IMG/VR virus record: IMGVR_UViG_3300035703_000033
Location: 45,616-109,615 of that record
Origin: a virus
Direction: 5' to 3' (one strand)
DNA length: 64,000 nt
Part shown: piece after piece, positions 49,576 through 59,100 of the stretch
How positions within the stretch are numbered: position 1 is the first letter of the stretch
How the letters are laid out: each line of letters begins with the position of its first letter
Position numbers and translations under genes: made by a program
The notes under the pieces: generated by a model
What the model saw: the letters and a program-made list of their open reading frames with translations, nothing else
Databases searched by the model: none
Told to the model about the DNA's origin: nothing

Positions 49576-49699
49576 AGATTGGCTTCGCAGAAGATATGTA
49601 TTGCAAAGAAAAACTGTAACAGAAATTGCTGCTGAATGCCAGGTTTCAGCAATGACAATACAAAGGTACCTGGAGAAATTTGGATTACTTAGAAAATGA
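49556..49699 (+). CDS. 47-aa helix-turn-helix protein (absent from ORF track)
   Basis: MKLYQSKDWLRRRYVLQRKTVTEIAAECQVSAMTIQRYLEKFGL. Confidence 0.7.
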   Translation: MKLYQSKDWLRRRYVLQRKTVTEIAAECQVSAMTIQRYLEKFGLLRK

Positions 49700-50298
49700 T
49701 TAAAACAATTTTTATCATAGGAGAGTCTCAGATAGCCTACATGTCTGGCGGAGTTATACACTCTGGTCCACCAAAAGCATTAGAGTATGGTTCTTATTCA
49801 AGAGAGAAGAATGGATACAACATAGTATTTCTATGGCAGCACAGTAGAACAGCATTTAAGGTAGATTTTAATTACCTAGAAGATTTATTTAAAGATCATT
49901 TAGATAAATTAAATGAGGATGCCGTTATAGTCTCTGAATTTGGTGGAATGGATGCAGCTCTAGGACAATATCAAAAGCATAATAATATGTCTCAAATTAT
50001 GACAAAATATACTTCAGAGTGTATTAAATTTGCAAATAAATATAATACTAATTTAGTATTTATGGCACCTTGGTGGCAGGTAGATGATGATAATGCTTAT
50101 AAGCTGTGGTTTGATATTACAGATTTATTAAAAGATATATCTAAGAGCAACCTATTGCCAGAACCCATAGAAATTATGTATAATGTGGTTCAAAGGCAAT
50201 ATCCAGTATTAGACGAGTGGAAGCATCATACTCCAGAGGACTCTGAGAGAATAGTAGAATATACTATATCACAAATAGAAAAGATATATAATGCTTAA
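49696..50298 (+). CDS. SGNH/GDSL-like hypothetical protein
   Basis: IFIIGESQ, FGGMD, C-terminal DEWKHHTPE. Confidence 0.45.
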   Translation: MIKTIFIIGESQIAYMSGGVIHSGPPKALEYGSYSREKNGYNIVFLWQHSRTAFKVDFNYLEDLFKDHLDKLNEDAVIVSEFGGMDAALGQYQKHNNMSQIMTKYTSECIKFANKYNTNLVFMAPWWQVDDDNAYKLWFDITDLLKDISKSNLLPEPIEIMYNVVQRQYPVLDEWKHHTPEDSERIVEYTISQIEKIYNA

Positions 50299-50620
50299 TC
50301 CAGTATTTCCAGATTCAAAAGACTTTAATTGTCAAGATTTATATTTGCTTACAGTCGGTACAGAGGCAGGAAAAGAAATTCTAGAAACCTGCCATGAAAT
50401 TGCACATATGCTTGTAAAGAAAAATATTGCCTATGGAAACTCAGCCTTAGATCCTGTACGTATATTTTCAAAGGCTGGACCAAGGGAGCAATTACATGTC
50501 CGCATTGATGATAAATTAAATAGATTAATGAAGGGTACAGATTATCCAGGGGACAACGATATTGACGATTTAATTGGCTATTTAGTTTTATTAAAGATTG
50601 CCAAGTCTAAATCCATTTGA
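50291..50620 (+). CDS. DUF1599-like (nucleotide modification associated) protein
   Basis: KKNIAYGNS..VRIDDKLNR..DDLIGYLVL. Confidence 0.65.
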   Translation: MLNPVFPDSKDFNCQDLYLLTVGTEAGKEILETCHEIAHMLVKKNIAYGNSALDPVRIFSKAGPREQLHVRIDDKLNRLMKGTDYPGDNDIDDLIGYLVLLKIAKSKSI

Positions 50621-50653
50621 TTTTTTAGTCAACTAGGAATATAATACATATAT

Positions 50654-51193
50654 ATGGAAATTGAATTAGCTGATCATTATGATCGAATGAATAAAGTTGT
50701 AGAAGAGCTTTTGAAGGGTAATAGTCCAACCCAGATTGCCTCTATAACGGGTTTTAAGCGGGCAGATGTTGTCGGATATATAGACGAGTGGAAACAGGTC
50801 GTTAGAAGCGATTCTGGGGCTCGTGAGAGGGCAAAAGAAGCCGTATCTGGGGCAGACCAACACTATGCAATGCTCATTAAAGAAGCCTGGAAGACAGTAG
50901 AGGACGCAGATACTCAGGGGCAATTAAACGTTAAGGCTACTGCATTGAAGCTAATTGCAGATATTGAAGGTAAAAGAATTGGAATGCTGCAAGAGGTTGG
51001 TCTTTTAGATAATGCAGAATTGGCTACACAGTTAGCAGAAACAGAACATAAGCAGGATATACTTGTAAAAATCTTAAAAGAGGTTACTGCTACATGTCCT
51101 AAGTGCAAGCTTGAAGTTGCCAAAAGACTTTCTCAAATTACTGGAGTAGTAGAGCCAGTTGTATTAGAGGCAGAGCAGGTCAGTGGATCTTAA
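50654..51193 (+). CDS. probable terminase small subunit (HTH)
   Basis: N-terminal HTH (GNSPTQIASITG); overlaps large terminase start. Confidence 0.6.
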   Translation: MEIELADHYDRMNKVVEELLKGNSPTQIASITGFKRADVVGYIDEWKQVVRSDSGARERAKEAVSGADQHYAMLIKEAWKTVEDADTQGQLNVKATALKLIADIEGKRIGMLQEVGLLDNAELATQLAETEHKQDILVKILKEVTATCPKCKLEVAKRLSQITGVVEPVVLEAEQVSGS

Positions 51194-52967
51194 TTTTAAT
51201 GATTTAATTGACATACTGGACGGAGAAGAATTTGAAGAGCGTCCAGTTGATTTACGTACATTTGTTACAAGCCCAGAATATTTAGGTCTGCCTCCTCTTT
51301 CTGAATATCAGTACACATTAATAGAAAAATCTTCTCAGATTTATAAAGAGTCTACTTTGATAAAGTTATTTGGAGAAGAAGAAGGCAAAAGAATATTTAA
51401 GCAAACTTGCAATGAAATTATTGCACAACTAGGAAAAGGTTCTGGAAAAGATTATTGTTCAACTATATCAGTTGCATATCAAGTATATTTGCTTTTATGC
51501 TTAAAAGATCCTGCTTCGTATTACGGAAAGCCGCCAGGGGACACAATAGATATTCTTAATATTGCTATAAATGCACAGCAAGCGAACAACGTTTTCTTTA
51601 AAGGTTTTAAAACAAGAATAGAAAGATGCCCTTGGTTTGCTGGAAAGTATGATCCAAAAGCATCTGAGATTAAGTTTGATAAAAATGTCAGCGTCTACTC
51701 TGGACACTCAGAAAGAGAAGCCTGGGAAGGATATAACGTTCTTACAGTAATTCTTGATGAGATATCTGGATTTGCTACAGAAAATACAACAGGTCATGAC
51801 CAAGCTAAAACTGCTGATGCAATATATGATATGTATCGTGGATCAGTTATTTCTCGTTTTCCAGAATATGGAAAAATTATTCTTTTATCTTTTCCACGTT
51901 TTAAAAATGATCCAATACAAAAGTTCTACGAGTCCGTTATAGCAGAAAAAGAAACTGTTATCAGAAGTAAAACTTTGAAGATGGATGAAGAACTTCCAGA
52001 CGGAACGGAAGGCAATGAGATTCTTGTAGAGTGGGAAGAAGACCATATTATTTCTTATAAGATTCCACGCACATATGCAATTAAAAGACCATCTTGGGAA
52101 GTAAATCCAACAAAAAGTATAGAAAATTATAAGGTAGAATTCTATAAAAATATGCCAGATGCACTTGGCAGATTTGCATGTATGCCATCAGAAGCAGTTG
52201 ATGCATTTTTTAAGTCCAGGGAAAAAATAGAAAAAGCATTTAACAATACAGCTTTAGCTGTAGATAAATTTGGACGATTAGAGCCATGGTTTGCACCAGA
52301 TCCAGATAAAGAGTATTTTATTCACGTAGATTTAGCACAGAAGCATGACCATTGTGCAGTAGCAATGTCTCATGTAAATAAATGGGTTAATGTAAAGGTT
52401 ACTGATTCTTATTCTCAGCCTGCTCCTATAGTAGAGGTAGATGCAGTAATGTACTGGACTCCTACAGCTGATAAGTCTGTAGATTTTACTGAAGTTAAAG
52501 ACTACATACTTTCTCTACGCACAGCTGGATTTAAAATTAGATTATGTACTTTTGATAGATGGAATTCTCATGATATGATGCAGCAGCTTAAGCAGTACGG
52601 TATTAATACAGAAACATTGTCTGTTGCAAAAAAGCATTACGATGATATGGCTATGATAGTTTTAGAAGAACGTTTAAGTGGTCCTAGTATTCCTCTGCTG
52701 ATAGATGAACTATTACAATTAAGAATTATGAGAGATAAGGTAGACCACCCCAGAAAAGGATCTAAAGACTTATCTGATGCCGTATGTGGATCTATTTATA
52801 ATGCTATTAGCATGACTAGATTTAATATCAATCAAGAGATAGATATACATACTTATGACTCTATTAAATATGATAATAATGATGAAGAGGTTAGGTTAAA
52901 TATGATTCGGGCTCCTAGAATGCCAAAAAATTTGTCTAGTGTTTTAGACGGAATGGAAATATTATGA
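51183..52967 (+). CDS. terminase large subunit
   Basis: Walker A LGKGSGKD, Walker B VILDEISGF, nuclease HVDLAQKHD, DHPRKGSKDLSDA. Confidence 0.92.
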   Translation: MDLNFNDLIDILDGEEFEERPVDLRTFVTSPEYLGLPPLSEYQYTLIEKSSQIYKESTLIKLFGEEEGKRIFKQTCNEIIAQLGKGSGKDYCSTISVAYQVYLLLCLKDPASYYGKPPGDTIDILNIAINAQQANNVFFKGFKTRIERCPWFAGKYDPKASEIKFDKNVSVYSGHSEREAWEGYNVLTVILDEISGFATENTTGHDQAKTADAIYDMYRGSVISRFPEYGKIILLSFPRFKNDPIQKFYESVIAEKETVIRSKTLKMDEELPDGTEGNEILVEWEEDHIISYKIPRTYAIKRPSWEVNPTKSIENYKVEFYKNMPDALGRFACMPSEAVDAFFKSREKIEKAFNNTALAVDKFGRLEPWFAPDPDKEYFIHVDLAQKHDHCAVAMSHVNKWVNVKVTDSYSQPAPIVEVDAVMYWTPTADKSVDFTEVKDYILSLRTAGFKIRLCTFDRWNSHDMMQQLKQYGINTETLSVAKKHYDDMAMIVLEERLSGPSIPLLIDELLQLRIMRDKVDHPRKGSKDLSDAVCGSIYNAISMTRFNINQEIDIHTYDSIKYDNNDEEVRLNMIRAPRMPKNLSSVLDGMEIL

Positions 52968-53203
52968 GTATATATCAAGAACAGGCAAAAGAATGTAAAT
53001 GTTGTGGAAAACATGTACCTCTGCCAACAGTATTAAAAGATTATAATGGAATAAAAGTATGTCCAACTACATTTGATAATATAATAGAGTATAAAAGATT
53101 ATGGCTTTCTATAGGTTCAAGGCCACAGGGAAGTATCAGAAAACATTTTTCTGAATATGTTCAAAATATAGTAGAAAAAACGTTGACAGATAGCTCTGTA
53201 TAG
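52964..53203 (+). CDS. small Cys-containing hypothetical protein
   Basis: CKCCGK..VCPT. Confidence 0.65.
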   Translation: MSIYQEQAKECKCCGKHVPLPTVLKDYNGIKVCPTTFDNIIEYKRLWLSIGSRPQGSIRKHFSEYVQNIVEKTLTDSSV

Positions 53204-53213
53204 TTATATAATA
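53183..53213 (+). promoter_or_regulatory. promoter upstream of tRNA(CAT)
   Basis: TTGACA followed by TATATAAT shortly before tRNA start. Confidence 0.5.
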
Positions 53214-53221
53214 TCAGCTAG

Positions 53222-53295
53222 GCACCAGTAGCTTAGTTGGTTAGAGCCCCGAACTCATAATTCGGTAGTCGTAGGTTCAAGTCCTACCTGGTGCA
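53222..53295 (+). tRNA. tRNA with CAT anticodon (Ile2 or elongator Met)
   Basis: GCACCAG/CTGGTGC acceptor, CCGAA-CTCATAA-TTCGG anticodon arm, GTAGG-TTCAAGT-CCTAC T arm. Confidence 0.92.
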
Positions 53296-53308
53296 CAAAA
53301 GGAGAATA

Positions 53309-53626
53309 ATGGAAGACGAAGAATATCTTGAAAGATTAAAACACTATATTGAAATAGGTGCTATACGTGAGGCTGGCATAGATCAAAATGGTGAAGTTAT
53401 TTTTGAGATAGATGAAGAGCATACAAAAGAATTAGCTCCAGAGCTATGGGAAGCCCACATGGAATATATAGATAACTCTTTTTTAGAATTATACAAAGAT
53501 GGTTTAGTAGAAGTGGAATATGATGAAGAGCTTAATGCAATAATGCATTTAACAAAAGAAGGATATAGCATAGCTTTAGAAAAGGGGTTGATTCCAGTAG
53601 ATATGGACGAGATTCCAGACAATTAA
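53309..53626 (+). CDS. acidic hypothetical protein
   Basis: AAGGAG RBS supports ATG 53309 (track start lies inside the tRNA). Confidence 0.7.
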   Translation: MEDEEYLERLKHYIEIGAIREAGIDQNGEVIFEIDEEHTKELAPELWEAHMEYIDNSFLELYKDGLVEVEYDEELNAIMHLTKEGYSIALEKGLIPVDMDEIPDN

Positions 53627-53627
53627 C

Positions 53628-54026
53628 ATGAATTTTGAATCAGAAGTTTTTGACAATAGAAGATTTTTATTTCAAAATATAGCAAAGTCGTTCCCAAATA
53701 ATCCGTGGGTAATTAAAGCTACAGAAAAAATGAAAAGTTATTCTAAGGATGAATATGCTAGAATGTTAGAGGAGGCATATGATTTTCAGGATAAATTTGA
53801 TAAAGCGGTAGAGCTTGGTACATCTGCAAAAACAGCAGATGGACACGAGCTGTTTATTTTATTTATTAAGCATATAAATTGGTTTTTTGAGATAGATAAA
53901 TATGCGTACGACGAGCTAATACAGCTATGTAGTCCGAATACTAATCAATTTCTTTTAGTTAATAAATCATATTCAGATTTATTATTTGATATTCTCACAG
54001 AATATAGATTGGAGTTAAATATATAA
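53628..54026 (+). CDS. TipAS-like helical protein
   Basis: YSKDEY..E..F..AVELGTSA..GHEL..HINWFF..Y..L pattern resembles the TipAS antibiotic-recognition domain. Confidence 0.4.
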   Translation: MNFESEVFDNRRFLFQNIAKSFPNNPWVIKATEKMKSYSKDEYARMLEEAYDFQDKFDKAVELGTSAKTADGHELFILFIKHINWFFEIDKYAYDELIQLCSPNTNQFLLVNKSYSDLLFDILTEYRLELNI

Positions 54027-54985
54027 TGAAGGCTATTGTAGTTAAGTCGTTTGGCGGACCAGAAGTAATGGAGTATACTGAGTATCGTGACCCTACTCCC
54101 AGAGGTGATCAGATTTTAGCAGAGACCAGGATGATAGGCGTTAATTATGCAGACACGTATCAAACAGAAAATACATATTTAGTTCAATCTCTACCCCCAG
54201 TTATACCTGGAATTGAAGCTTCTTTTTATATAGATGGAAAGCTTTTTGTTGGTAATACAGCAAGCGGTTCTTATGCAGAAAAGGTTATTGTTAATAAAGA
54301 TAGAATATTTGAGGTGCCAGATGGTATCTCTGAAGAAGAAGCGCTAGCTTCAGTGGTTCAAGGGACTACGGCTTATGCTATAGTGAACGATTTGTGCGAT
54401 ATCAAGCCAGATGATTTAGTTTTGATAAATGGAGCGTCTAGCGGAACTGGAGTTTTTTTAATACAGCTATGTAAGCTGCTCGGAGCTAAAGTTATAGCAG
54501 TGACTGCCGATGGTGAAAAGCTAGAATTTGTAAAAACACTAGATGTAGATTTTGCTTGTAAAAATGATTTATCTGAAATAAAAAAACTAATAAAATCTAT
54601 TGGAAAGAAACCAAAATTTATTTTAGAGTCATACGGAGGGACACAGTTTATGGACTACTACAACATGCTTGATGTCGGTGGCCATATTTGTTCATATGGG
54701 GCATCCTCAAGAGAGGGTTTGCCAAATATTAATGTTCGTGATCTTATTAAGGATACAAGATTAGTATCTGGATTTTGGGGCACAAAGGTATTTCAAGATA
54801 CAGATAAGCTAAAATCAGTAATAAATAGCTTATTTGATTTAATTAAAAACAAAAAAATAAAAGTTGTTTTAGGCGATACAATGAGTTTAAAAGATGCGAA
54901 GTTAATGCATGAAAAAATAAGAAGTAGAAATACTGTTGGAAAGCTTATATTAATTAATAATTTAGGAAATAAAAGTGATTCCTAA
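54026..54985 (+). CDS. NADPH:quinone oxidoreductase (zeta-crystallin/Qor, MDR family)
   Basis: MKAIVVKSFGGPEV, IGVNYAD, PGIE, VLINGASSGTG, TVGKLIL. Confidence 0.88.
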   Translation: MKAIVVKSFGGPEVMEYTEYRDPTPRGDQILAETRMIGVNYADTYQTENTYLVQSLPPVIPGIEASFYIDGKLFVGNTASGSYAEKVIVNKDRIFEVPDGISEEEALASVVQGTTAYAIVNDLCDIKPDDLVLINGASSGTGVFLIQLCKLLGAKVIAVTADGEKLEFVKTLDVDFACKNDLSEIKKLIKSIGKKPKFILESYGGTQFMDYYNMLDVGGHICSYGASSREGLPNINVRDLIKDTRLVSGFWGTKVFQDTDKLKSVINSLFDLIKNKKIKVVLGDTMSLKDAKLMHEKIRSRNTVGKLILINNLGNKSDS

Positions 54986-55799
54986 AGATCAACATAATGT
55001 ATTTCATAAAAGATATTACGGAAATTTAAATCCAAATATTGAAGAGGAAAACTTATTTTATGAAAATGATTTAGAGCTAAAACAAAAAGATAAAATATTA
55101 TATAAATATAATAATGAAGGTTTTAGATGTGATGATTTTACTAAAGAAAAAAATGGATTACATATTTTATTTGCAGGATGTTCAGAAACTGAAGGTGCTG
55201 CAAATAAACTTGAAGATGTATGGGCTTATGTTCTTTATAATAAAATTAAAGAAACTCACAGCGTAGCAGGATATTATAATGTTGGAAAATCTGGGCTTAC
55301 TGTATCTGCAATCATAATGAATGTATTCCAGTATATCTACGATTACGGTTATCCAAATTATATATTTTTACAGTTACCAGATCAAACGAGGTATGTTACC
55401 TGGGATGAAGAAAACTATTACCACCCAAAATATCCAATTCGAGGTGAAGAAATAGATAAATATGGTAAAGATGTTTATTTTAAAAATCATGATAATTTAC
55501 CAGTAATGAAAATAAATTTATTATATAACTATTTTTTATTAAAAAATTTAATTCAAGTTTGTGAGCTAAATAATACTAAAATAATATGGTCTACTTGGCA
55601 TCCAGATACAGTTAAATGGATAATTCCAGAACTAAAAAAACTAAACGGGTACATAGAAACAGGCAATAATACAAAGGATGCCTGGGATATTAAATTAAAT
55701 GAGTTAAAGGCAAGAGATGGATGGCATTTTGGTAAGGGTTTTCATAAATTGTGGGCAAAAAAATTTTATGAGGAGTTTTTAAATGTTCAAAATAATTAG
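54975..55799 (+). CDS. SGNH-like hypothetical protein
   Basis: YKYNNEGFRCDDF, ILFAGCSETEG, NVGKSG, C-terminal ARDGWHFG. Confidence 0.55.
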   Translation: MIPKDQHNVFHKRYYGNLNPNIEEENLFYENDLELKQKDKILYKYNNEGFRCDDFTKEKNGLHILFAGCSETEGAANKLEDVWAYVLYNKIKETHSVAGYYNVGKSGLTVSAIIMNVFQYIYDYGYPNYIFLQLPDQTRYVTWDEENYYHPKYPIRGEEIDKYGKDVYFKNHDNLPVMKINLLYNYFLLKNLIQVCELNNTKIIWSTWHPDTVKWIIPELKKLNGYIETGNNTKDAWDIKLNELKARDGWHFGKGFHKLWAKKFYEEFLNVQNN

Positions 55800-55859
55800 A
55801 AGAATGATAGTTAAAAGAAAAGTAAAAAAAATGCTTAAAAAAAATAGGTATACATACTA

Positions 55860-57296
55860 ATGATAATTTTAGGAATTAACGAAACATCTCATGATGCATC
55901 TGTTTCTTTAATAAAAGATGGACAAATACTGTTTTCTGCTCATGCAGAAAGATATAGTAAAATTAAAAATGATTGGTATAACAATCAAGATATCTATCAA
56001 GATATGCTTAATTACGGAACACCAACACACATAGCTTATTATGAAAGACCTCAATTAAAAAGATCAAGATTGCTACTTCGTGGTGGAGCTGGAGAATGGA
56101 AGCCAAATATTCCTATGAATTTACCAGTCAAATACTTTTCTCATCATCATTCTCATGCAGCAGCTGGCTACTATACAAGTAGGTTTGATGACGCAGTTAT
56201 TGTCGTTTTAGATTCAATTGGAGAATATAATACTTCTACCGTGTGGGTTGGAGAAGGTGAAAGTATTAAATTAAAATTTAAACAAAATTATCCAGTTAGC
56301 TTTGGATTATTCTATTCAGCATTTACTCAATTAGTTGGTCTTATGCCAAATCAAGAAGAGTATATTCTCATGGGTATGGCTGGATATGGTGATCCTAATA
56401 AATATTTAAAAAAAGTCTTAGAATACTTTCCTTCGCCGTACCAACAAAAATATAATTTTCATAAGGGTATACATGATTGGGGCGTAATATCAGGAGATCA
56501 AGATAGATTTGATATAGCTGCAGCTGTTCAAGTTGTTTATGAAAGTAATTTAATGCAATTTATGAATATGGCAAAATCTATAACTGGCAAAGATAATTTG
56601 GTTTTTATGGGAGGTTGTGCATTAAATTGTTCTGCTAATACAAAGCTATGGAAAATATTTAAGGATATTTGGATTATGCCAAACCCAGGGGATGCTGGTA
56701 GTTCATTAGGTGCAGCAGCTGCTTTATATGGTAAGCATATAAAATGGAATGGACCGTACCTTGGTACAGATATTAGTGGTGCTTGGCCAAGACATGAAAT
56801 ATTAAAAGAGTTAAAAGAAAATAAAATAGTAGCTGTAGCCTCTGGACGAGCAGAATATGGTCCAAGAGCTTTAGGAAATAGAAGCATACTAGCAGATCCA
56901 AGGGATCCAAATATTAAAGATAAAGTTAATCAAATTAAACAAAGAGAAAAATTTAGACCGTTTGCTCCAGTTGTTTTAGAGCATTTTGCACACGAGTGGT
57001 TTGATATGCCTACTAGATCTACTCCTTATATGCAGTATGCTATTAGATGTAAACAGCCTGATAAAATACCATCAGTTGTGCATATTGATGGCACATCAAG
57101 AGTTCAAACTGTTAATGAGTATAATCATCCTGAGCTACACATGCTACTAAGACAATGGTACTGGGAAACTGGTGTTCCAGTTTTATTAAATACTAGTTTA
57201 AACATAAAAGGACAACCACTCCTTAATGATCAAAATGATATAATTGAGTGGCAAAATAAGTACGACGCTAAGATATATGGAGGAAATAATGTTTAA
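55860..57296 (+). CDS. O-carbamoyltransferase (NodU/CmcH/TobZ family)
   Basis: HDAS, ERYSKIK, HHHSHAA, LDSIGE, MGMAGYG, GGCALNC, GDAG, EYGPRALGNRS, RPFAP, LLNTSLN. Confidence 0.92.
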   Translation: MIILGINETSHDASVSLIKDGQILFSAHAERYSKIKNDWYNNQDIYQDMLNYGTPTHIAYYERPQLKRSRLLLRGGAGEWKPNIPMNLPVKYFSHHHSHAAAGYYTSRFDDAVIVVLDSIGEYNTSTVWVGEGESIKLKFKQNYPVSFGLFYSAFTQLVGLMPNQEEYILMGMAGYGDPNKYLKKVLEYFPSPYQQKYNFHKGIHDWGVISGDQDRFDIAAAVQVVYESNLMQFMNMAKSITGKDNLVFMGGCALNCSANTKLWKIFKDIWIMPNPGDAGSSLGAAAALYGKHIKWNGPYLGTDISGAWPRHEILKELKENKIVAVASGRAEYGPRALGNRSILADPRDPNIKDKVNQIKQREKFRPFAPVVLEHFAHEWFDMPTRSTPYMQYAIRCKQPDKIPSVVHIDGTSRVQTVNEYNHPELHMLLRQWYWETGVPVLLNTSLNIKGQPLLNDQNDIIEWQNKYDAKIYGGNNV

Positions 57297-58125
57297 TGAA
57301 CAATTTAGGAAAAATCCAAACATCATACAGTTGGCTCCTAAATTATTTATTTATAAAAATTTTATAAATGGAGATTTATTAGAAAAAATAAATAATATTT
57401 GCAAGGGTCACATCAAGGATGTACCGATAAGTCATAATATTGATTGGTATCAGAATAGAACAACATCCTTGGTATTTGATTTGCTTGAGGTATGGGAGCA
57501 AGCTAGCGAGCTAATTTACCCAGATTTGGTAATGCATCCGCAAGCTTCAATGCTTATTAGCAGGCCAGGAGATGGCGGTATGTTTACACATGCTGATGCA
57601 CCAGGTCAGCCTCACGAAGACTGTGGCCCCGTTTGTGGCACATGTGAAATAGCTTCTGCAAAATTGATTTCAGAAGATAGATGGAATACATGCTGTAGAT
57701 TACACTACGGTTTAGTTATATATTTTGGTGACTGGTCAGGCGGAGAAATATTCTATGACCATATAAATAAAGATGGAGAATATGTTTCAGAGGAGATAGT
57801 GTTATCTGAAGATGAAAAGTTAACTATAAAGCCAGAAAATGGTGACTTAGTTATACACGGCGCACATGGAGATTATGCACATGGCACAAAAGAAGTTACA
57901 GATGGAGTTAGATTTGCATTTTCTAATTTTGTTCTTCCAGCTCACACTAACCCAGGCACTTTTTATAACTACAAAACCAAAGAGTATCTAGATCAAATCG
58001 AAGAGGTAAAAAAGAAAAAAGATATAAAGCTTTGGCTAAAGATTATGAATGAGTTCTCTTGGCAAGATCCACCAGAGGTATTAGAAGAAAAAGAAAAGGG
58101 CATAAGTGGTATCAGGTACAGGTAG
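57289..58125 (+). CDS. 2OG-Fe(II) oxygenase with Cys-rich insertion
   Basis: MFTHAD, YGLVIYF..GGEIFY, KPENGDLVIH, YAHGT, GVRF; insert CGPVCGTC..WNTCC. Confidence 0.8.
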   Translation: MFNEQFRKNPNIIQLAPKLFIYKNFINGDLLEKINNICKGHIKDVPISHNIDWYQNRTTSLVFDLLEVWEQASELIYPDLVMHPQASMLISRPGDGGMFTHADAPGQPHEDCGPVCGTCEIASAKLISEDRWNTCCRLHYGLVIYFGDWSGGEIFYDHINKDGEYVSEEIVLSEDEKLTIKPENGDLVIHGAHGDYAHGTKEVTDGVRFAFSNFVLPAHTNPGTFYNYKTKEYLDQIEEVKKKKDIKLWLKIMNEFSWQDPPEVLEEKEKGISGIRYR

Positions 58126-58169
58126 TATCTATAGACAAAATCTGTCTTAATTGCTACAATATACTCGTT

Positions 58170-58242
58170 GCCTCTGTAGCTCAGCGGATAGAGCGAGACT
58201 CTTCTAAGGTCTGCGTCGGAGGTTCGATTCCTTCCAGGGGCG
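58170..58242 (+). tRNA. tRNA-Arg(TCT)
   Basis: GCCTCTG/CAGGGGC acceptor, AGACT-CTTCTAA-GGTCT, GGAGG-TTCGATT-CCTTC; promoter-like TAGACA..TGCTACAAT upstream. Confidence 0.92.
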
Positions 58243-58277
58243 CAACTTTTTACTGTTAATTTTGATAAGGTGGTTTT

Positions 58278-59033
58278 ATGAAGAATTTATATATTATAGG
58301 AGACTCTCATTCTGTAAGAATGGGGCAAGGCCTCTTTGATAATATAATAAAAAAAATGAGTATATCAGAACCTTATTCAATATATACTACGGAAGGCATA
58401 GATAAGTTATTAAAAAAAGATGATGAGGGAAATCCGATTAGACAAAAGCATGAAGTTAGAACTATTAATTTTAAAAATAGATCTATAACATGCGCCTCAT
58501 ATTTAGGCAGATCAGCTTTAAGATTTGACTATAAACTTAATAGGTATATGAATTTTTGGGATGACGAGGACAGCACCGTAATGCCGTGGCTGGGGTATAT
58601 AGATGTAAAAAATTATTTGCCTAATAAAAAATTAAAAAAATATGTACCAGTACATGATGTAGTAGATACATACGTAGAAAATACTCTTAAAAGTTTTAAA
58701 AAATCAAAATTAATTTTTATTAATCCCATGCCACAGTTTGAGGTTATAGTAACAGCAAGATGGAAAAATTTTTCTGTAGATCCAGATATTCCATTTGAAG
58801 ATAGGCATGAAGAACATTTATTATTTTCTAAAGCTTTAAAAGAAAAGTGTTTATCTGTCGGTCTAGAAGAGCCGATAATGATAGAAAAAATTTTAAATGT
58901 TCCTTGGATAGGAACTACTATGCAGTATAAAACTCCATTAGAATATATATATAATGATCATTGTACCCCAGAGTATTATGATAGAATATTAGAACATATA
59001 TTAGATCATACTGGATTTAATATTGGTCCATAG
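58278..59033 (+). CDS. SGNH/GDSL-like hypothetical protein
   Basis: LYIIGDSHS, WLGYID, C-terminal YNDHCTPE. Confidence 0.5.
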   Translation: MKNLYIIGDSHSVRMGQGLFDNIIKKMSISEPYSIYTTEGIDKLLKKDDEGNPIRQKHEVRTINFKNRSITCASYLGRSALRFDYKLNRYMNFWDDEDSTVMPWLGYIDVKNYLPNKKLKKYVPVHDVVDTYVENTLKSFKKSKLIFINPMPQFEVIVTARWKNFSVDPDIPFEDRHEEHLLFSKALKEKCLSVGLEEPIMIEKILNVPWIGTTMQYKTPLEYIYNDHCTPEYYDRILEHILDHTGFNIGP

Positions 59034-59096
59034 CTCAGTTGGTAGAGCGTCGAACTGTTAATTCGAATGTCGCAGGATCGAGACCTGCTGGACCAG
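59024..59096 (+). tRNA. tRNA-Asn(GTT)
   Basis: TGGTCCA/TGGACCA acceptor, TCGAA-CTGTTAA-TTCGA, GCAGG-ATCGAGA-CCTGC. Confidence 0.88.
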
Positions 59097-59100
59097 CAAG

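Noticed and set aside
39361-52967. Inteins or introns in DnaE, RecA or terminase
   Set aside because: Lengths are normal, motifs contiguous, and no intein or homing-endonuclease signatures were seen.
50654-52967. Terminase ~45 kb from portal as a rearrangement or misassembly
   Set aside because: Separated packaging genes are a known layout in large actinophage siphoviruses, and no junction anomaly is visible.
58059-58259. 66-aa + strand ORF
   Set aside because: Runs through the tRNA-Arg gene and its promoter; spurious.
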